Counted from the first letter of the whole stretch, positions 36,174-48,947 are shown. The stretch is 63,660 nt of DNA, filler included, from Thraustochytrium aureum (GCA_012862495.1; 5 parts of 5 records of this genome joined end to end with filler, not necessarily neighbours in it); one strand, 5' to 3'. Numbers and translations are program-made. The notes: generated by a model not told the origin, from the letters alone.

Positions 36174-36519
36174 GCTCCCTCGCGCGCCAACGCCGCGCGA
36201 CCAGCCGTCAAGCGGCCACGGTGTCCTCGAGCTCGGTGCAGACGAGCCCTGGCGCGCGCATCTGGCTGGCAGAGGGCGAGGGACTCGCGTCTGGCCATCG
36301 GCTCCGCGCTCAGCAGGTATCTTTTCTTGACCAAGTGCTGGTGTCGCGCGAGCACGACCAAGACCGTCGCGGCAGAGCAGCAACGGCTTGGGACGGGCTC
36401 GCAGGCCGAGAGCGGAGCGGGGCAGAGCAGGGCAGAACCGAGCTAAGCGGCTCGAGTGAACGGCGGGCTTCGCGGCGGGCGACTGGCGAGGAGGGGAAGG
36501 GACGTTGCCGCGACCCACC

Positions 36520-37170
36520 ATGTCGGGATACAACCCGTACGCGCAACAGGCTGCCATCGGCAAGGAGATGTACCAGCAAGCGCTACAAGGGTGAGTGATT
36601 GCTGTGAAGAGGGGCCGCGCCCGCTCGCATCGCGCGCCCTGGAAGCGAGCCGTAGACAAAGCTAACGCCGACGGAATTTGCGTAGGCCACAACAAGGATA
36701 CGGCGCCCCACCGCCGCCGCAGTACGGCGCCCCGCCACCGCCGCAGTACGGCGCCCCGCCGCCGCCGCAACAACAGTACTACGGTGGGCCGCCGCCGCCA
36801 CAGTATGGGGCCCCGCCGCCGCCGCATTACGGGGCCCCGCCGCCGGCACAGTACGGAGCCCCCCCGCCGCCGCAGCAGCAGCAGTACTATGGCGGCGCGC
36901 CGCCGCCACCGCAGCGCCCGCAATATGGCGCACCGGCACCCGGGGACCGTGTATGTGCAGCAACCCGCGCCGCCGCCACAGACCGTGTACGTTCAGCAAC
37001 CCTACGCACAGCCGCACACGAACGTTGTCGTCACCGGCGGCAAGCCCTACAAAAACAAGGGCTACAAGGCGAGCAAGGGGTACAAGCACAAGGGGTACAA
37101 GCACAAGGGATACAAGTTCAAGGGGCCCAAGTTTGGCTTTGGCAAGTTCAAGTTCGGCCTCTTCAAGTGA
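36520..37170 (+). CDS. Gly/Pro/Tyr-rich protein with (QYGAPPPP)n repeats and a KGYK/KFK basic tail
   Basis: Exon 1 36520-36590, intron 36591-36685 (GTGAGT...GCTAAC...TAG) splicing in frame into PQQGYGAPPPP. One extra base in cccgggg near 36940 shifts to TVYVQQP...KGYKHKGYKFKGPKFGFGKFKFGLFK*. Confidence 0.75.
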
Positions 37171-37269
37171 CGAGCCAGCCCAGACTCGCGCCTACTCCAG
37201 CTAGAGGTTGAGAAATTAAAATGATCTCTATGCAGCGCCGACCCCAAGCTCAAATTGTCTGGCCGAGCC

Positions 37270-38153
37270 TCACGCTCGTTTCTCCTTGGACGATGCGCGC
37301 GAGCGGCTCCGCGAGACGCGCCCTTTGGCCGCGGCGCGAGCACCTGTTTCGACCGGGCCGCTCAGCCCCAGGCCAACACGCCCAAGCCTGCGCACTGGCG
37401 CGAGCACGGCCTCGCCCAGCTTTGGCACGAGCCGCGCAAGGACGAGCCAGGCGCAGAGGCACAGCCGCAGGATGCCGAGCTGATCTGCGCTCAGATCAAA
37501 GACAAGCCAGCGCAGAGGTGATAGACGAGAATGCAGACGAAAGCGCTCTCAACGTTCCATGGTGCGCCCCCCTCGAGCGGACCGAGCCCCTTGGTGAAGG
37601 GCAGGAAGGCGCCCCCGGACCGCCCAGGGTGCCACAGATGACCGGCCCGAGCAACTGGCCGGGCGCGCGGCCCACAGCCTTGCCGTACCAGGCAAACATG
37701 ACCCAGCAGCGAAACACTTCGTAGCTGATCTCGACAACGTGCCGCGCACCGGGATGTGCCACGGCGACGCTCCACATCCGCCCGAAAAAGACGTTGTGCC
37801 TGCACCACCAAGCCGCGCACATGGTCCCAATGTACTGTTGCTGCACAATCGGCGGCGCGGGGAGATCCAGGAGCGCAGGGTTGATAAAGCTCCCGCCGAA
37901 TGCGCTCAAGCAGCAGACGACCAGGGAGCGCACAAAGTCGCTGGCGTGCTCGGCGGGACCCATCGCGTCCGCTGCCGCCCCGACCACCTTGCAGCAGTAT
38001 CCGAACAGCAGCGCTGCAAACAACCAGGTCGGCGGCTGCGCCAGCACTGTCGTCAGAGGCGCCTCATTCGGCTCGTTGAACAGCGCCCAGGTCTGGAGGG
38101 TCCTCCGCAGCGGCGAGAGCGACCTGCTTTGCCTGGGTCACGTTAACCAGCAT
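37270..38153 (-). CDS. TRIC/TMEM38-like membrane channel with three apparent 1-nt frameshifts
   Basis: Reconstructed: MLVNVTQ...TLQTWALF...CCLSAFGGSFINPALL...GPVICGTLGG(S)GGAFLPFTKGL...SAFVCILVYH...LVFDLS...SSKEKRA*. Gly-rich TRIC-type motifs. Shifts near 38103, 37620 and 37508. Confidence 0.6.
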
Positions 38154-38707
38154 CCTTCCAGCCCCAGCTTCCGCCAGCTCAACCGAACCGAGCAAACGCA
38201 GGCCCGCCCGATCTCTGCCTGGCCGCACAGAGCACCGCTGAGCGTCTGCCAACGCGCTTGCTCGCTGGCGACGCTGGCACTCGACGGTCTGCTGGACTGC
38301 CCGTTTTTGACCTCAGCACCTCACCCAGCCTGAGGTTTTTCCCGAGTCGTGATGGCACACGAGCAGCAGCAGAGCAGCAGCAGTTCAGGTCGCGGCGGTC
38401 CTGTCCATGAGTACTTACTCTCGATCTCTTCTNNNNNNNNNNNNNNNNNNNNNNNNNNNNNNNNNNNNNNNNNNNNNNNNNNNNNNNNNNNNNNNNNNNN
38501 NNNNNNNNNNNNNNNNNNNNNNNNNNNNNNNNNNNNNNNNNNNNNNNNNNNNNNNNNNNNNNNNNNNNNNNNNNNNNNNNNNNNNNNNNNNNNNNNNNNN
38601 NNNNNNNNNNNNNNNNNNNNNNNNNNNNNNNNNNNNNNNNNNNNNNNNNNNNNATCTCGCGCCGAGCTTGCGTGGTCGATTTTGCTTCGTGCGCGAAAGG
38701 GACTGGC

Positions 38708-41700
38708 TCACTTGGGCAGCTCGAGCGGCTTCATCCAGTCCGCCAGGCCACTGGCTGCGGGCGGGCTGGCGGCTGGCGCGGCGCGTGCGTGCAACGCGCC
38801 AGAGCGTGGGCGAAGACGCAGCTCGCGACGCGTGGACCTGGCGGTCGGCTGGCGGCTCTGGGCGCCGGAAGATACGCGCCTAGGCAGCGCGGATGTCGTC
38901 GGCGGCTCGCTGGCTGGCACCCTCGAGAGCAGCGTGAGCCGGTCGCCCATCGAGAGTTTGAGCAAGTCGCGCTGCACCTCCGTCGACTGAATCTTGCGCG
39001 GCGAGGCTGGCTGGGTCGCCTCCACGCGACTGCGAGCGAGGCGGGAAAAGTGCCGTGGCTCAGGCTCGGAGTGGTTGTTCATGTCGCGCGCGATGCGGCC
39101 ATCGAGCGCAGCCATATATGCTTTGGCGGTGCCGAATTGGCCGACTGCAAGAGGGCTGAGCGGGCCGGCGCCGTCCGCGTCGTCCTTGCGCTCGCCTGGG
39201 TCATCGGTTGCAACGCGCAGTTTGCGTCCCTTTCTTGGTGACGGCGACCGGTTTGCGAGCGGCGCGGAGCTGGCTTGGCCCCAGCGCGGCGAAAACGGGT
39301 TGGCCACAAACGACCCTGCCGCCAGAGACAAGCCGACGCCGCTGGTTTGTACAGACGGTGGCGGATGTGGCCGGTTGCGGCCGGTCTCGCTTGCGCGTTG
39401 CGCCTCATCCTTGCCGCGTGTGCTCTCGCCAATGCGAAACGTGGCAAAATCATGGAAGCCCTGCAGTCCGGGTGCGGCGACTGGCGAAGACGGTGAGAGG
39501 CCTCCTTGCCACGTGGTTGGGCTCGTTGGCTCGGCTCGTGCGAGCTGCCCGCCCAGCCCCAACGTGACAGTGTGCGTTGCGCGAGGCCCACTGGGCGAAG
39601 AACTGCCTCGACGGGGCTCTGCTCCTCGCATTGGTGACGCTGGGGGCTGGTTGATATGCCGCGGCTCGAACAAGTCAAAGTGAAGCAGCATCTGCTTTGC
39701 GACGCTCGGCCGACCCGAATACTTTTGCGAGGTTGGACTCGCAGGGCCAGCGCCGGCGCCGTCGTCCCTCCAAACGCCTGGGCCGCTGCCGCGGCCAGCG
39801 AGCGCCTTTTCACGGGCGGAGGGCGAGCGAGCTCGCCTTCTTGGCGACTTGCCACCTCTGGCGCCAGCGCGCGAGTTTTTGCAGCAGTGCGCGAATGTCT
39901 TTGCGGATCGCCTTTTTTCTCGCTCGAGTCTCGTCGTCGTCCTGGAAAATGCCTCTGGGCTGCGTCTTGCGCTGGCCCGTGCCGGACTTGACGGCCGCTG
40001 CGCGGGCGTCCGCTAGCAGTTTGTCATCGCGCTGCTTTTTGCGGTATTGGGCCTTCAGGTCGCGTAGGTTGCGGCCGAGCTTGATGTTCTCCAGCTCCAT
40101 GGCCTTGATCTGCCGCCGCACGCGCTTCGCGCGCTGCGTCGGGTTGTCGAGGCTGTTGGCCTCGACTTCCTGCCGCAGATAGCCNNNNNNNNNNNNNNNN
40201 NNNNNNNNNNNNNNNNNNNNNNNNNNNNNNNNNNNNNNNNNNNNNNNNNNNNNNNNNNNNNNNNNNNNNNNNNNNNNNNNNNNNNNNNNNNNNNNNNNNN
40301 NNNNNNNNNNNNNNNNNNNNNNCCATGCCCGCGAGCGTCTCTTTGAGCTCCTGCTCGTACTCGAGCTCCACCTGCCTCGGCGCTGGCGGTACTCGGCCGC
40401 AAGCGCCTCGACGCGCGGCAAGTATCTTGCAACTCTAGCGCTAGCGGCGGTCTCGCGGCGGGCGATCTCGTTCAGCTCCATGGTGGCTCGCTCGCTCACG
40501 CGCTCTGCGAGCGCCGCGGCGCGCTCCCGAAGCGGGTCGACTTCGCTCGCGAGCGCAACCTTTATGGCGTTCACGGCGAGTAGGTCCCGGCGAAGCTGCG
40601 TGCTTTCTACTTGCGCATTGACCTCTTCCGGTCGCGTCAGGATGTCTCCGAGCTGCTCGCTGCGAACGATTTGTGCGTTAGTCCGCGTGCGACCAACCTT
40701 GGCGCCCGTCAAGGGGTCGACGGTTGTCGGCGCATACGCCTCCTTCGAGGCGCTTTGCAACGCGCTTCATGAGCGCAGCCGGGGTTTCCTCGCCGACGCG
40801 GTGCGCTGCGCCCACAGCACCACGCCCAGCAGCAAGCGGGCCGAGTTCGTCGAACCGGTCGCCCTCTGGGCCGTGGGGGCCGCACGGCCCGCGCAGAGCC
40901 ATAGCAGCAAGCGCGGCGCTTGCTTCCAAGCACCCAAGATCGCCCTCTGGCCCTGCAGGGGCCGCGCGGACCTCGAGCTGAGCGAGCCTTGCTTGAGCGC
41001 TTGCCTCGCCCCATGCCTGGCCGCGCCCTGCCTTGGGCGGCCTCGCCCATGCCACTTGTGGGCGCCTCGGCACCATGCTCCACTATGCCGCTCCGGTGGC
41101 CGTACAGAGCGAGCTGCTTTTCAAGTTGCCTTCGCTCCTCATCGAGCTGCGCAAGCTGGCTCGCCACACTATCACGCTGTGCCTGCAGGTCGGCAAGGCG
41201 GGCTTGGTCAGCGACAAGTGCCGAAGCGACCGCGTTGAGCTCCCGGCTTTGCTTGAGGTACTCTTGGCCGTCGACCTTTTCCTTGGCTTTTGCGTTGACC
41301 AGCCTGGTCTTGGTGTTGGCTATTTCCAGCTCAAGCGCCTCTTCGCGATCGGCCGTACTGCTCAAGTTTGGAACCTGCTCCTCAATGTCCTTGAGCTGCG
41401 TCTGAAGCTCGAGTTGTTGCTCGCGCATCTTGATAAGACGACTCTGCGCTTCGCCCACGGCCTCTGTGGCGCGCTTCTCCGCCTCCTCGTCCTCCTCATC
41501 ATCAGACGACGACCACGACGCCTCCACTATCCCGGCAAAGCCGACTCCGGCCGCTTTGGGCGGACCCTCTGCGGAGGACTCGCGCGGCCCGAGCAAGCTG
41601 TGGGCTTCCCCAGAACGCGTCCCCGCCACGCCTCGCCGATCCGGGGTGCTCTGCAGCTTGAGGACAGCTCGTTGCGAGGCATGCCGGACGGTGCGGAGGG

Positions 41701-43046
41701 CCTCGTCCGAGGCCTCAGTTTGTCGCGAGAGCACGGCAATCTTTGCTTGCAGGCGGCCAATCGTGTCGACCAAATCTTGCGACTTTTCCCGGTGGCGCGC
41801 CTCGAGCGCGATGAGGACGTGGTTTTCGGCCTGAAAAACGGGGTCGGCGTCGATTTCGCGAATCTGAGACTCGAGCGAAAGGAGCTTGGCCTTGCTCATC
41901 GCGACCTGAGACCGCATGACCGCGAGGCCCTCGCGCGCTTGTGCCTGATGTGCCAGCCGCGTTTCGTTGGCAATTTGGCCCAAGACGTTGCTGACCTGCG
42001 CGGTCTTGCTCCTGGCCTCTTTGAGGGCCACAGAGAACTTGCCGGCCTTGTCCTGCGAGTGAGCTTCTTTGTCTTGGAGGATCATGTCGACCGTTTGCGA
42101 CGAGCTGTCGGCCTCGATCTCTTGCTCCTCGACCTGCTTCAGCATCACATAGTAGCTCTGCTCGTCGTGCATGGACTCCTTGGTGCGCTTTTGGACCCAG
42201 TCGCTGACCTCCTGCAGGTTGTCGACGAGGTCGTGCACGCGAAAAGACTCTGTTAGCTTTGTGAGGGCTTCGCGGGTCGCGTTTCGCGCCGCGGCGTCCT
42301 CTTCAGTGTAAAAGGTGACCTCTGGGAGCTGCCTTATTCTGCGCAAGCCCAGGGTCGCGTCAGCGCCCGCGGTGGGGTCCGCATCCAGGTCAGTGAAAGC
42401 GCCCTCCTGGGCCGAGTCCTTGCCGTACGCCTGCTCGCGCTCCCTGTCTTCCTCCTCCGCAACCTTGCGCTGCTCCTCAAGTTGCAGCGAGTAGTCGCCG
42501 GCCAGCAGCGAGTCCATTTTGTTGAATGTCCCAAGCGTGGCTGCGATGCGGCTCACAACCTGGTCGACCTGCTCGTAAAACAAGAAGATCTTCTCTTCGC
42601 GCTCTTTGCGTTCCAACGCGTACTGACGCTGTATCTCTTCCATCTCGCGCTCCTTGGCCAGCGCGGCCAGGACGGCCGCCTCTTGCGCCTCACGGTCGGC
42701 CGCAGAAGGACCGCCTCGCTCCCCGCCCAGCTCCTTGTCGGCATCGCCAAAAAGCACTTGCCCGTGTTCAAGCGCAGATGCCGACCCCAAGCACTGTGGG
42801 AGCCGAGGCGCGTATCGCTTGCCAAAGAGCGCCTCGTGTTCATCGACAACGACGCCTTGGCCCCCCCGCAGCCGCACGCCTCGGCGGGCAATCGAACCCG
42901 GTGCCGTCGTTTTCGATGCAGAGTTGGCTCTGAGACTTGCATCAGTGGCAGAAACAAACCTGTCTTCGCGCGCCTGCGCGCGCTTGAGCAAGGCAAGCTC
43001 GCCGCGTTGCTTGTCGTGCAGAAACTGCGCGCCGTCTCCGTCAGTT
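38708..43046 (-). CDS. Large coiled-coil protein with low-complexity tail, fragmented by frameshifts and a gap (may be more than one gene)
   Basis: ORFs 40709-42991, 39810-40760 and 38708-39691 lie on the same strand, abut or overlap, and are E/Q/A/L heptad-rich. Confidence 0.55.
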
Positions 43047-43734
43047 NNNNNNNNNNNNNNNNNNNNNNNNNNNNNNNNNNNNNNNNNNNNNNNNNNNNNN
43101 NNNNNNNNNNNNNNNNNNNNNNNNNNNNCCGCCGCGTGCGCCGCGTGCGCGCTGCAAGCAACGTACCTCCTCTACAGCCTCGCGTTCGCTGTGCCGCAGT
43201 ATTGCCACCGGCTCATTGTGGAGCCGCCTCAGTCGCAGTTCCTGCTCCGCGGCGCGCCGCGCGGGCCCATTGTCGTCGGGCGGGGGCTGCCCACAATCGC
43301 CGGCGCCTGCCATCCTTGCCCGATGCGAGGCCGCCCCTTGGGGCCCTCTTGCACCTCTCCCGCGGCCGCCCAGAGCGCCCGCGCGCAAGACCGTTCGGGG
43401 TCTGCCTGCGCCTCCATCTTGTCCTGCTCGTGTCCGAGTCGGCGACGTTTTTTTTGGTTGTTTTCATTCTCGGTCGAGGCGATCCGGTGGTGCCGTTACG
43501 TCGTCCCAGATCTTCCGCGCAACAGGAGCCGCTGCGGGTGGCGCCCGCGCGATGGCTGGACTGCAACGAAAGAGCTCTGCGCGATCGCTGCGGATTTTGG
43601 CTCTGCGCGATTGCTGCAACGAAAGCGGTCTGCGCGATTGCGGCGGGGTTTGCTCCGCGGCTGGGAATGCAATCGTGAACTATAGCTACTAGCGAGAGTG
43701 CGCGACTCGGCAAAAAGGATTGCGTGATCTATCT

Positions 43735-45779
43735 TCAGTAGCGCCAAGAGCTCGTGTCTGCGCCAATGGGGGCAGTTGACAACATGCGGGCTACGGCCTT
43801 GGGAATGACGCGGGCGTTGATCGTGAGGCGCGCAATAGAGTTGGGAACACCCTCAGACTGCCCGCCGTAGCAGTGCGCGTAGCCGCGACCGTCGTGGATG
43901 CCATACTCGATCGTCGCTTCCGGCGCTGGGTTGTCGAGGGCGTTCAGCGTCTCCTCAAGCTTGTAGACGGCATTGTTGAGGTAGTAGGTGTCCATCGTCC
44001 CAACGTAGACATGGAGCTTGCCCTGTAGCTTTGGCCCCAGCTCGGCCCAGTCGCGGCGCAAAATATACTCGAGGTCGAAGTTTTCGCGCCAAAAGGCAGC
44101 GACCTCGCGGTCAATGACGCCAGTGCGCTTGTCCCAGATGGGAACGACATACCCGGTTGTCTTGTTGCGGGGCCCAAAAACGTTTTGCCAAACGTCCCAC
44201 TGTGCGCCAGAACGGCCCTCAGTGCCCCGCACAAGCTCTTTGAGATTGGTCTCGCGCTGCGTGGCCGTCACAATCCCAGTGGGCTCGACAAAGCCCGGGT
44301 AGACCTGGTTGCTAGCCATTCCGCGCTGCGCTGGGCGCTCTGTTCGGCGCCACTTGCTGTCCAAATAATAGGCGTTCTTGTCCTCGTATATGTTGACGTT
44401 GGTGTAGGCCTGGAACGAAACCGGGTCTGGGCAACTGCTGTAGCACCCGTTGAACGCATCAGGGTACATGATCTGCACCGCCAGGGACTCCCACCCGCCG
44501 GTTGACCCGCCATACGTGGCTCGAGCCCAGCCCTGGCCAATGCCGCGAAAGCGCTCCTCAATGTACGGCAGGACCTCGTCCATGATTGCGTCCCCGTAAG
44601 GACCCATGTTGTCCGAGTTGACCGCATAGCTGTCGTCGTACAGCGGCGTCGGATGCTTGAGGGTCACAATCAGAACGCGCCGCTTGTGAAATGGCCCGCC
44701 GTCTGGGCGCGTCCAGTTCTTGTAAAACTCGTAAGCGAACTCGGCTTGGACACGATCGTAGCCAGTCAGCGTCGGGTCGGCAGGCTCACTGGAGAAAAAC
44801 CCTGGGGTCGCAAAGTCGGCGTGAAAGTGTCCGTGGTACAGCATGAGAGGGTACCTGGCCTCGGGCCGCTCCGCAAAGCCAAGCGGGACGAGTACGCATG
44901 CCTCGATAAAGGTGTCGCGACCCCAGAACGCGGAAAGGAGCGCGCTCCGAACCTTGACATGCTTGATGAACTCGGTATCGTTCTTGGCGTCCACGATGGG
45001 GTCCTCCGCCTGCACTCTGTCCAAACTGAATTCCAGCGCGGCGCTACGCGGCCTCGTCGTAACGAGGGTGACCGCACTGTACAGCACGCCAGGGTGCGAC
45101 GAGAATCGGCCGCCCTCTAGGCGATTCGCGGTCACCATCGGGAGCCACACGGGCTCTGCGCGGTTGTACCGTTCATACGGCTGGAACACGGCCTGGACAA
45201 AGTACGTCCCGGGTTCTACGTCGNNNNNNNNNNNNNNNNNNNNNNNNNNNNNNNNNNNNNNNNNNNNNNNNNNNNNNNNNNNNNNNNNNNNNNNNNNNNN
45301 NNNNNNNNNNNNNNNNNNNNNNNNNNNNNNNNNNNNNNNNNNNNNNNNNNNNNNNNNNNNNNNNNNNNNNNNNNNNNNNNNNNNNNNNNNNNNNNNNNNN
45401 NNNNNNNNNNNNNNNNNNNNNNNNNNNNNNNNNNNNNNNNNNNNNNNNNNNNNNNNNNNNNNNNNNNNNNNNNNNNNGACCGGGTGCGCGGATCGTGCTC
45501 CAAGACGTCGACGCCGAAAAACTGCTCAGTATCTTGGTCGTCAGAGACCGCCAGTCGCGGCTCGGTGACATTGCTCTTGGCGATAAAGACGAAGGCACGT
45601 CCTGTGAGGCGCTCTTGGCCGCCACGTGCCGCGGCGCTGACGTCAACGCGGGCGAACACTTGCTCATGGTGGGGAGCGCCGTCGAGTTCCCATGCAGGAT
45701 CCACAACGAGCAGGGAGTCAAGCTGGGCGCCAGCCGCCAGTGCAAGGCCAGCAGCGGCGGCTGCGAGGACCGCTTTCAT
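43735..45779 (-). CDS. Secreted alpha/beta-hydrolase, putative esterase (Fes/IroE-like superfamily, bacterial-type)
   Basis: Signal peptide MKAVLAAAAAGLALAAG. Motifs SALLSAFWGRD, YDDSYAVNSDNMGPYGDAI, nucleophile elbow YGGSTGGW, CPDPV.F, VGTMDTYYLN and C-terminal ADTSSWRY. Confidence 0.85.
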
Positions 45780-46361
45780 TCCGCAGCTCGCCCTTCTTAC
45801 CCCTGGCCTTGTTTCTTTTTCGCTCGGCGTTGCGGGACTGCCATCAAGTGCAGCACGGTAGGTGAGTAGCACTCGCAGGTTGATTCATTTTTGCGTCGCA
45901 GTCCTCGAGCCCCAAGCCGCCAGGTCTCGTGAGCCTCGCTCGGGGCACCTGCTACATCATTCGAATACGGGGTGGCAGACAGACGCAGTTGTCGTTGGCA
46001 GCGGTTGTGCGCGTCCCAGCACGCATCTTGCTCGTGTCTGGCGGAGCTCTGGTCACAAATCCGCGGGGTGCGAACGGATCAGTCATCGGACTGTGGAACG
46101 TCAGGATCTTCATGAGCTCCATCCAGGTCGAAAGACGAGCGCAACGAACGGCCTGGCCTGGGCTTGCCAAAACGGCCTGAGGAGCTTACCAGTGGGTGCA
46201 GTTTGCGAGGTCTGTTTGCGCACACCACTCGCTGATCACGCGCTGAACGCGGAATCGCAAGTGGCTCGCGTCGTTGGGAGCCTTGGAGGCGCGGATGCAT
46301 TCTACTGGCCGAGCAGGGCCGACTCGGCGCAGACCTGCACGCGGAGCCAGCTTGCTGTCAT

Positions 46362-46439
46362 GCCGAAGAAGAACGGAGGACCTTCGCAAGCTGACTGGGA
46401 GCCGAAGAAGAACGGAGGACCCTCGCAAGCTGACTGGGA
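46362..46439. repeat. 39-bp tandem duplication with one mismatch
   Basis: gccgaagaagaacggaggacc(t/c)tcgcaagctgactggga twice. Confidence 0.95.
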
Positions 46440-46467
46440 GCAACAACAGGGCGTAAACGGGGACAAT

Positions 46468-47574
46468 TCATGTTCTACTTTGGGTCGCCCCGGCGAGGCT
46501 AAGCAGCAGATCCACAGCGCCTGCCGCTAGCGCTGGGGGTCTTGGGCCGGTCTGCGCTCTATCGTCAAGGCCAGAGGATAACAATGCATCTACGAGAGTG
46601 CAGTCGTTTGCCCGGTTCGCCGAGGCCACCACAGAACCGCTCGTCGTTGAGCCTGGCGACACCGCCAATCCGCCACATCGGTGGGCCGACGAGCATCCAA
46701 ACTCTGGCTCCAGAGTCGTTGCCAGAAATGGAGGGCGCGACTGCATCCGAAGGACGAGATCGACCTTGGATTCAAGGTGTTCAAGTCGCGCCTGGTCACG
46801 CCTGGCGCTGAGCGCAGCGGCAAGCGCACCTGTACCTGCTCGCTCGACCAACACGCTTTGCCCTGCTTGCGCAGAGAGGAGACCCAGGAGCGCATGAAGG
46901 GTGGAGCCCAACCGTTCGTTTTCGCGTTGGCTGGCCTCGAGTTGATTGCGCAGCTTGGCGGCCTCGCTTTCGTCGTCCAGCGGCGAAGGCGAGACGCTCA
47001 ACGACGCAACGGACGCGGAAGACTGGGACTGGGACTGGGACGAGCAGCTCCCCGGGGTGCCTGGCGGGGAGTTGGCGCAGCCTAGGCGCGTGGAACGGGA
47101 GGCGCTTTCACTCGCTGCCGGCTGAGAAAGGCGCGCCTCCTGGCGCAAAACCTTGCGCTTGTAACTATACCACCTGTTCTTGATGTTCAAGTCGGTGCGG
47201 CCGGGTATGTATCGCGCAATGTCTGACCATGAGTGCTTGAAGATCTTCTGGTACTCGAACAAAAGCCTGTCCTCGTCTTCTGTCCAAGCGCTCGTTTTGA
47301 CTCGTGGGTCAAGGTGGTTGCGCCAGCGGTCGCGGCACTGCTTGGCCACGCGTCCAGGGAGAAACTTCGCGACGTCAGCCCAGGACGTCTCGCCCAGCTC
47401 GGCCACCATGGAGGCCAGCTTTGCGTCTTCTTCGGGGGTCCACAGATTCTTGGGCGCTCTTGCGGTCTTGAGGCGCTTCCTCGGCCTTGCCTCCTCTTCG
47501 CGCAGCACGAGCGCGGCGGTCTCGCCGCAGGCAAGCGGGCCGCCGAACCCTTTGATCCTTTTGAGTTGGCCCAT
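46468..47574 (-). CDS. R2R3-type MYB transcription factor
   Basis: WTPEEDAKL...SWADVAKFLPGRVAKQCRDRWRNHLDPRVKTSAWTEDED...SWSDIARYIPGRTDLNIKNRWY. Confidence 0.95.
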   Translation of the reverse strand: MGQLKRIKGFGGPLACGETAALVLREEEARPRKRLKTARAPKNLWTPEEDAKLASMVAELGETSWADVAKFLPGRVAKQCRDRWRNHLDPRVKTSAWTEDEDRLLFEYQKIFKHSWSDIARYIPGRTDLNIKNRWYSYKRKVLRQEARLSQPAASESASRSTRLGCANSPPGTPGSCSSQSQSQSSASVASLSVSPSPLDDESEAAKLRNQLEASQRENERLGSTLHALLGLLSAQAGQSVLVERAGTGALAAALSARRDQARLEHLESKVDLVLRMQSRPPFLATTLEPEFGCSSAHRCGGLAVSPGSTTSGSVVASANRANDCTLVDALLSSGLDDRAQTGPRPPALAAGAVDLLLSLAGATQSRT

Positions 47575-48947
47575 GTCGCTCAGACTCGGACTCGGCGAAT
47601 CTCAGATTGGCTGCCAACCCAGCCCGAGCCGAGCCGAACCGAGCCCAGCCGAGCCGAGCCCGGTCCAGATCAGTCTGGTCCGCCTGGCAACGCCCACNNN
47701 NNNNNNNNNNNNNNNNNNNNNNNNNNNNNNNNNNNNNNNNNNNNNNNNNNNNNNNNNNNNNNNNNNNNNNNNNNNNNNNNNNNNNNNNNNNNNNNNNNNN
47801 NNNNNNNNNNNNNNNNNNNNNNNNNNNNNNNNNNNNNNNNNNNNNNNNNNNNNNNNNNNNNNNNNNNNNNNNNNNNNNNNNNNNNNNNNNNNNNNNNNNN
47901 NNNNNNNNNNNNNNNNNNNNNNNNNNNNNNNNNNNNNNNNNNNNNNNNNNNNNNNNNNNNNNNNNNNNNNNNNNNNNNNNNNNNNNNNNNNNNNNNNNNN
48001 NNNNNNNNNNNNNNNNNNNNNNNNNNNNNNNNNNNNNNNNNNNNNNNNNNNNNNNNNNNNNNNNNNNNNNNNNNNNNNNNNNNNNNNNNNNNNNNNNNNN
48101 NNNNNNNNNNNNNNNNNNNNNNNNNNNNNNNNNNNNNNNNNNNNNNNNNNNNNNNNNNNNNNNNNNNNNNNNNNNNNNNNNNNNNNNNNNNNNNNNNNNN
48201 NNNNNNNNNNNNNNNNNNNNNNNNNNNNNNNNNNNNNNNNNNNNNNNNNNNNNNNNNNNNNNNNNNNNNNNNNNNNNNNNNNNNNNNNNNNNNNNNNNNN
48301 NNNNNNNNNNNNNNNNNNNNNNNNNNNNNNCAGCCAAACCGCGGCGCCTCCTTGCGAGCAGCAAGTTTGCGCGGTGGCGCGTCAACGGCTGCCATCTCGT
48401 CCACCCGAGTTGAGCCTTGGGGAAGCGCTCCTTCGGCCTTCGGCCTGCGCGCGCGGGGCGCGTTGGGAGCGGTGCAGCGCCCGCTGGCCCGGCCTGGTAG
48501 CTCCAATGCCGCGGCGTCCGCGCGCTTGCTGCGGTCCTCGACGTGTGCTGGTCGGTGAGTGACTGAGTGAGTGAGAGTGGGCATTGCAGCATGGAAATCA
48601 ACACCCAACAACACCCAACAACAGCGGAGGATCAGAATTCAGATCCATCCGAGCGTCCAAGGGGACACAACTCGGCGCACGGCGCGAGTCGCGGGCGGAA
48701 TCGGGGAGCTCGAGAGTGTTGTTCAGTTGGCCTGGTGAGTAGATCAAGTCCTCTACGAGCATAGGTACGGTATGCACAACGCTCGAGTCGAGGAAAGGCT
48801 GTACATGCAGTGGCGCTGGGCGGCGTGGAGCGCATTGACTGCAAGGGCCGTTGATTCGCAAGAGCTCCTTTTTGGTCATGAAAATACGGTTTGTTGCGCC
48901 CAGAGACCCGCCAGGAACAAAGTCGATGCTGTTGGCCAGCTCGCTCG

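Noticed and set aside
43129..43685. Possible + strand membrane-protein fragment
   Set aside because: Only a short hydrophobic stretch next to a gap, with no recognisable motif or secure exon structure.
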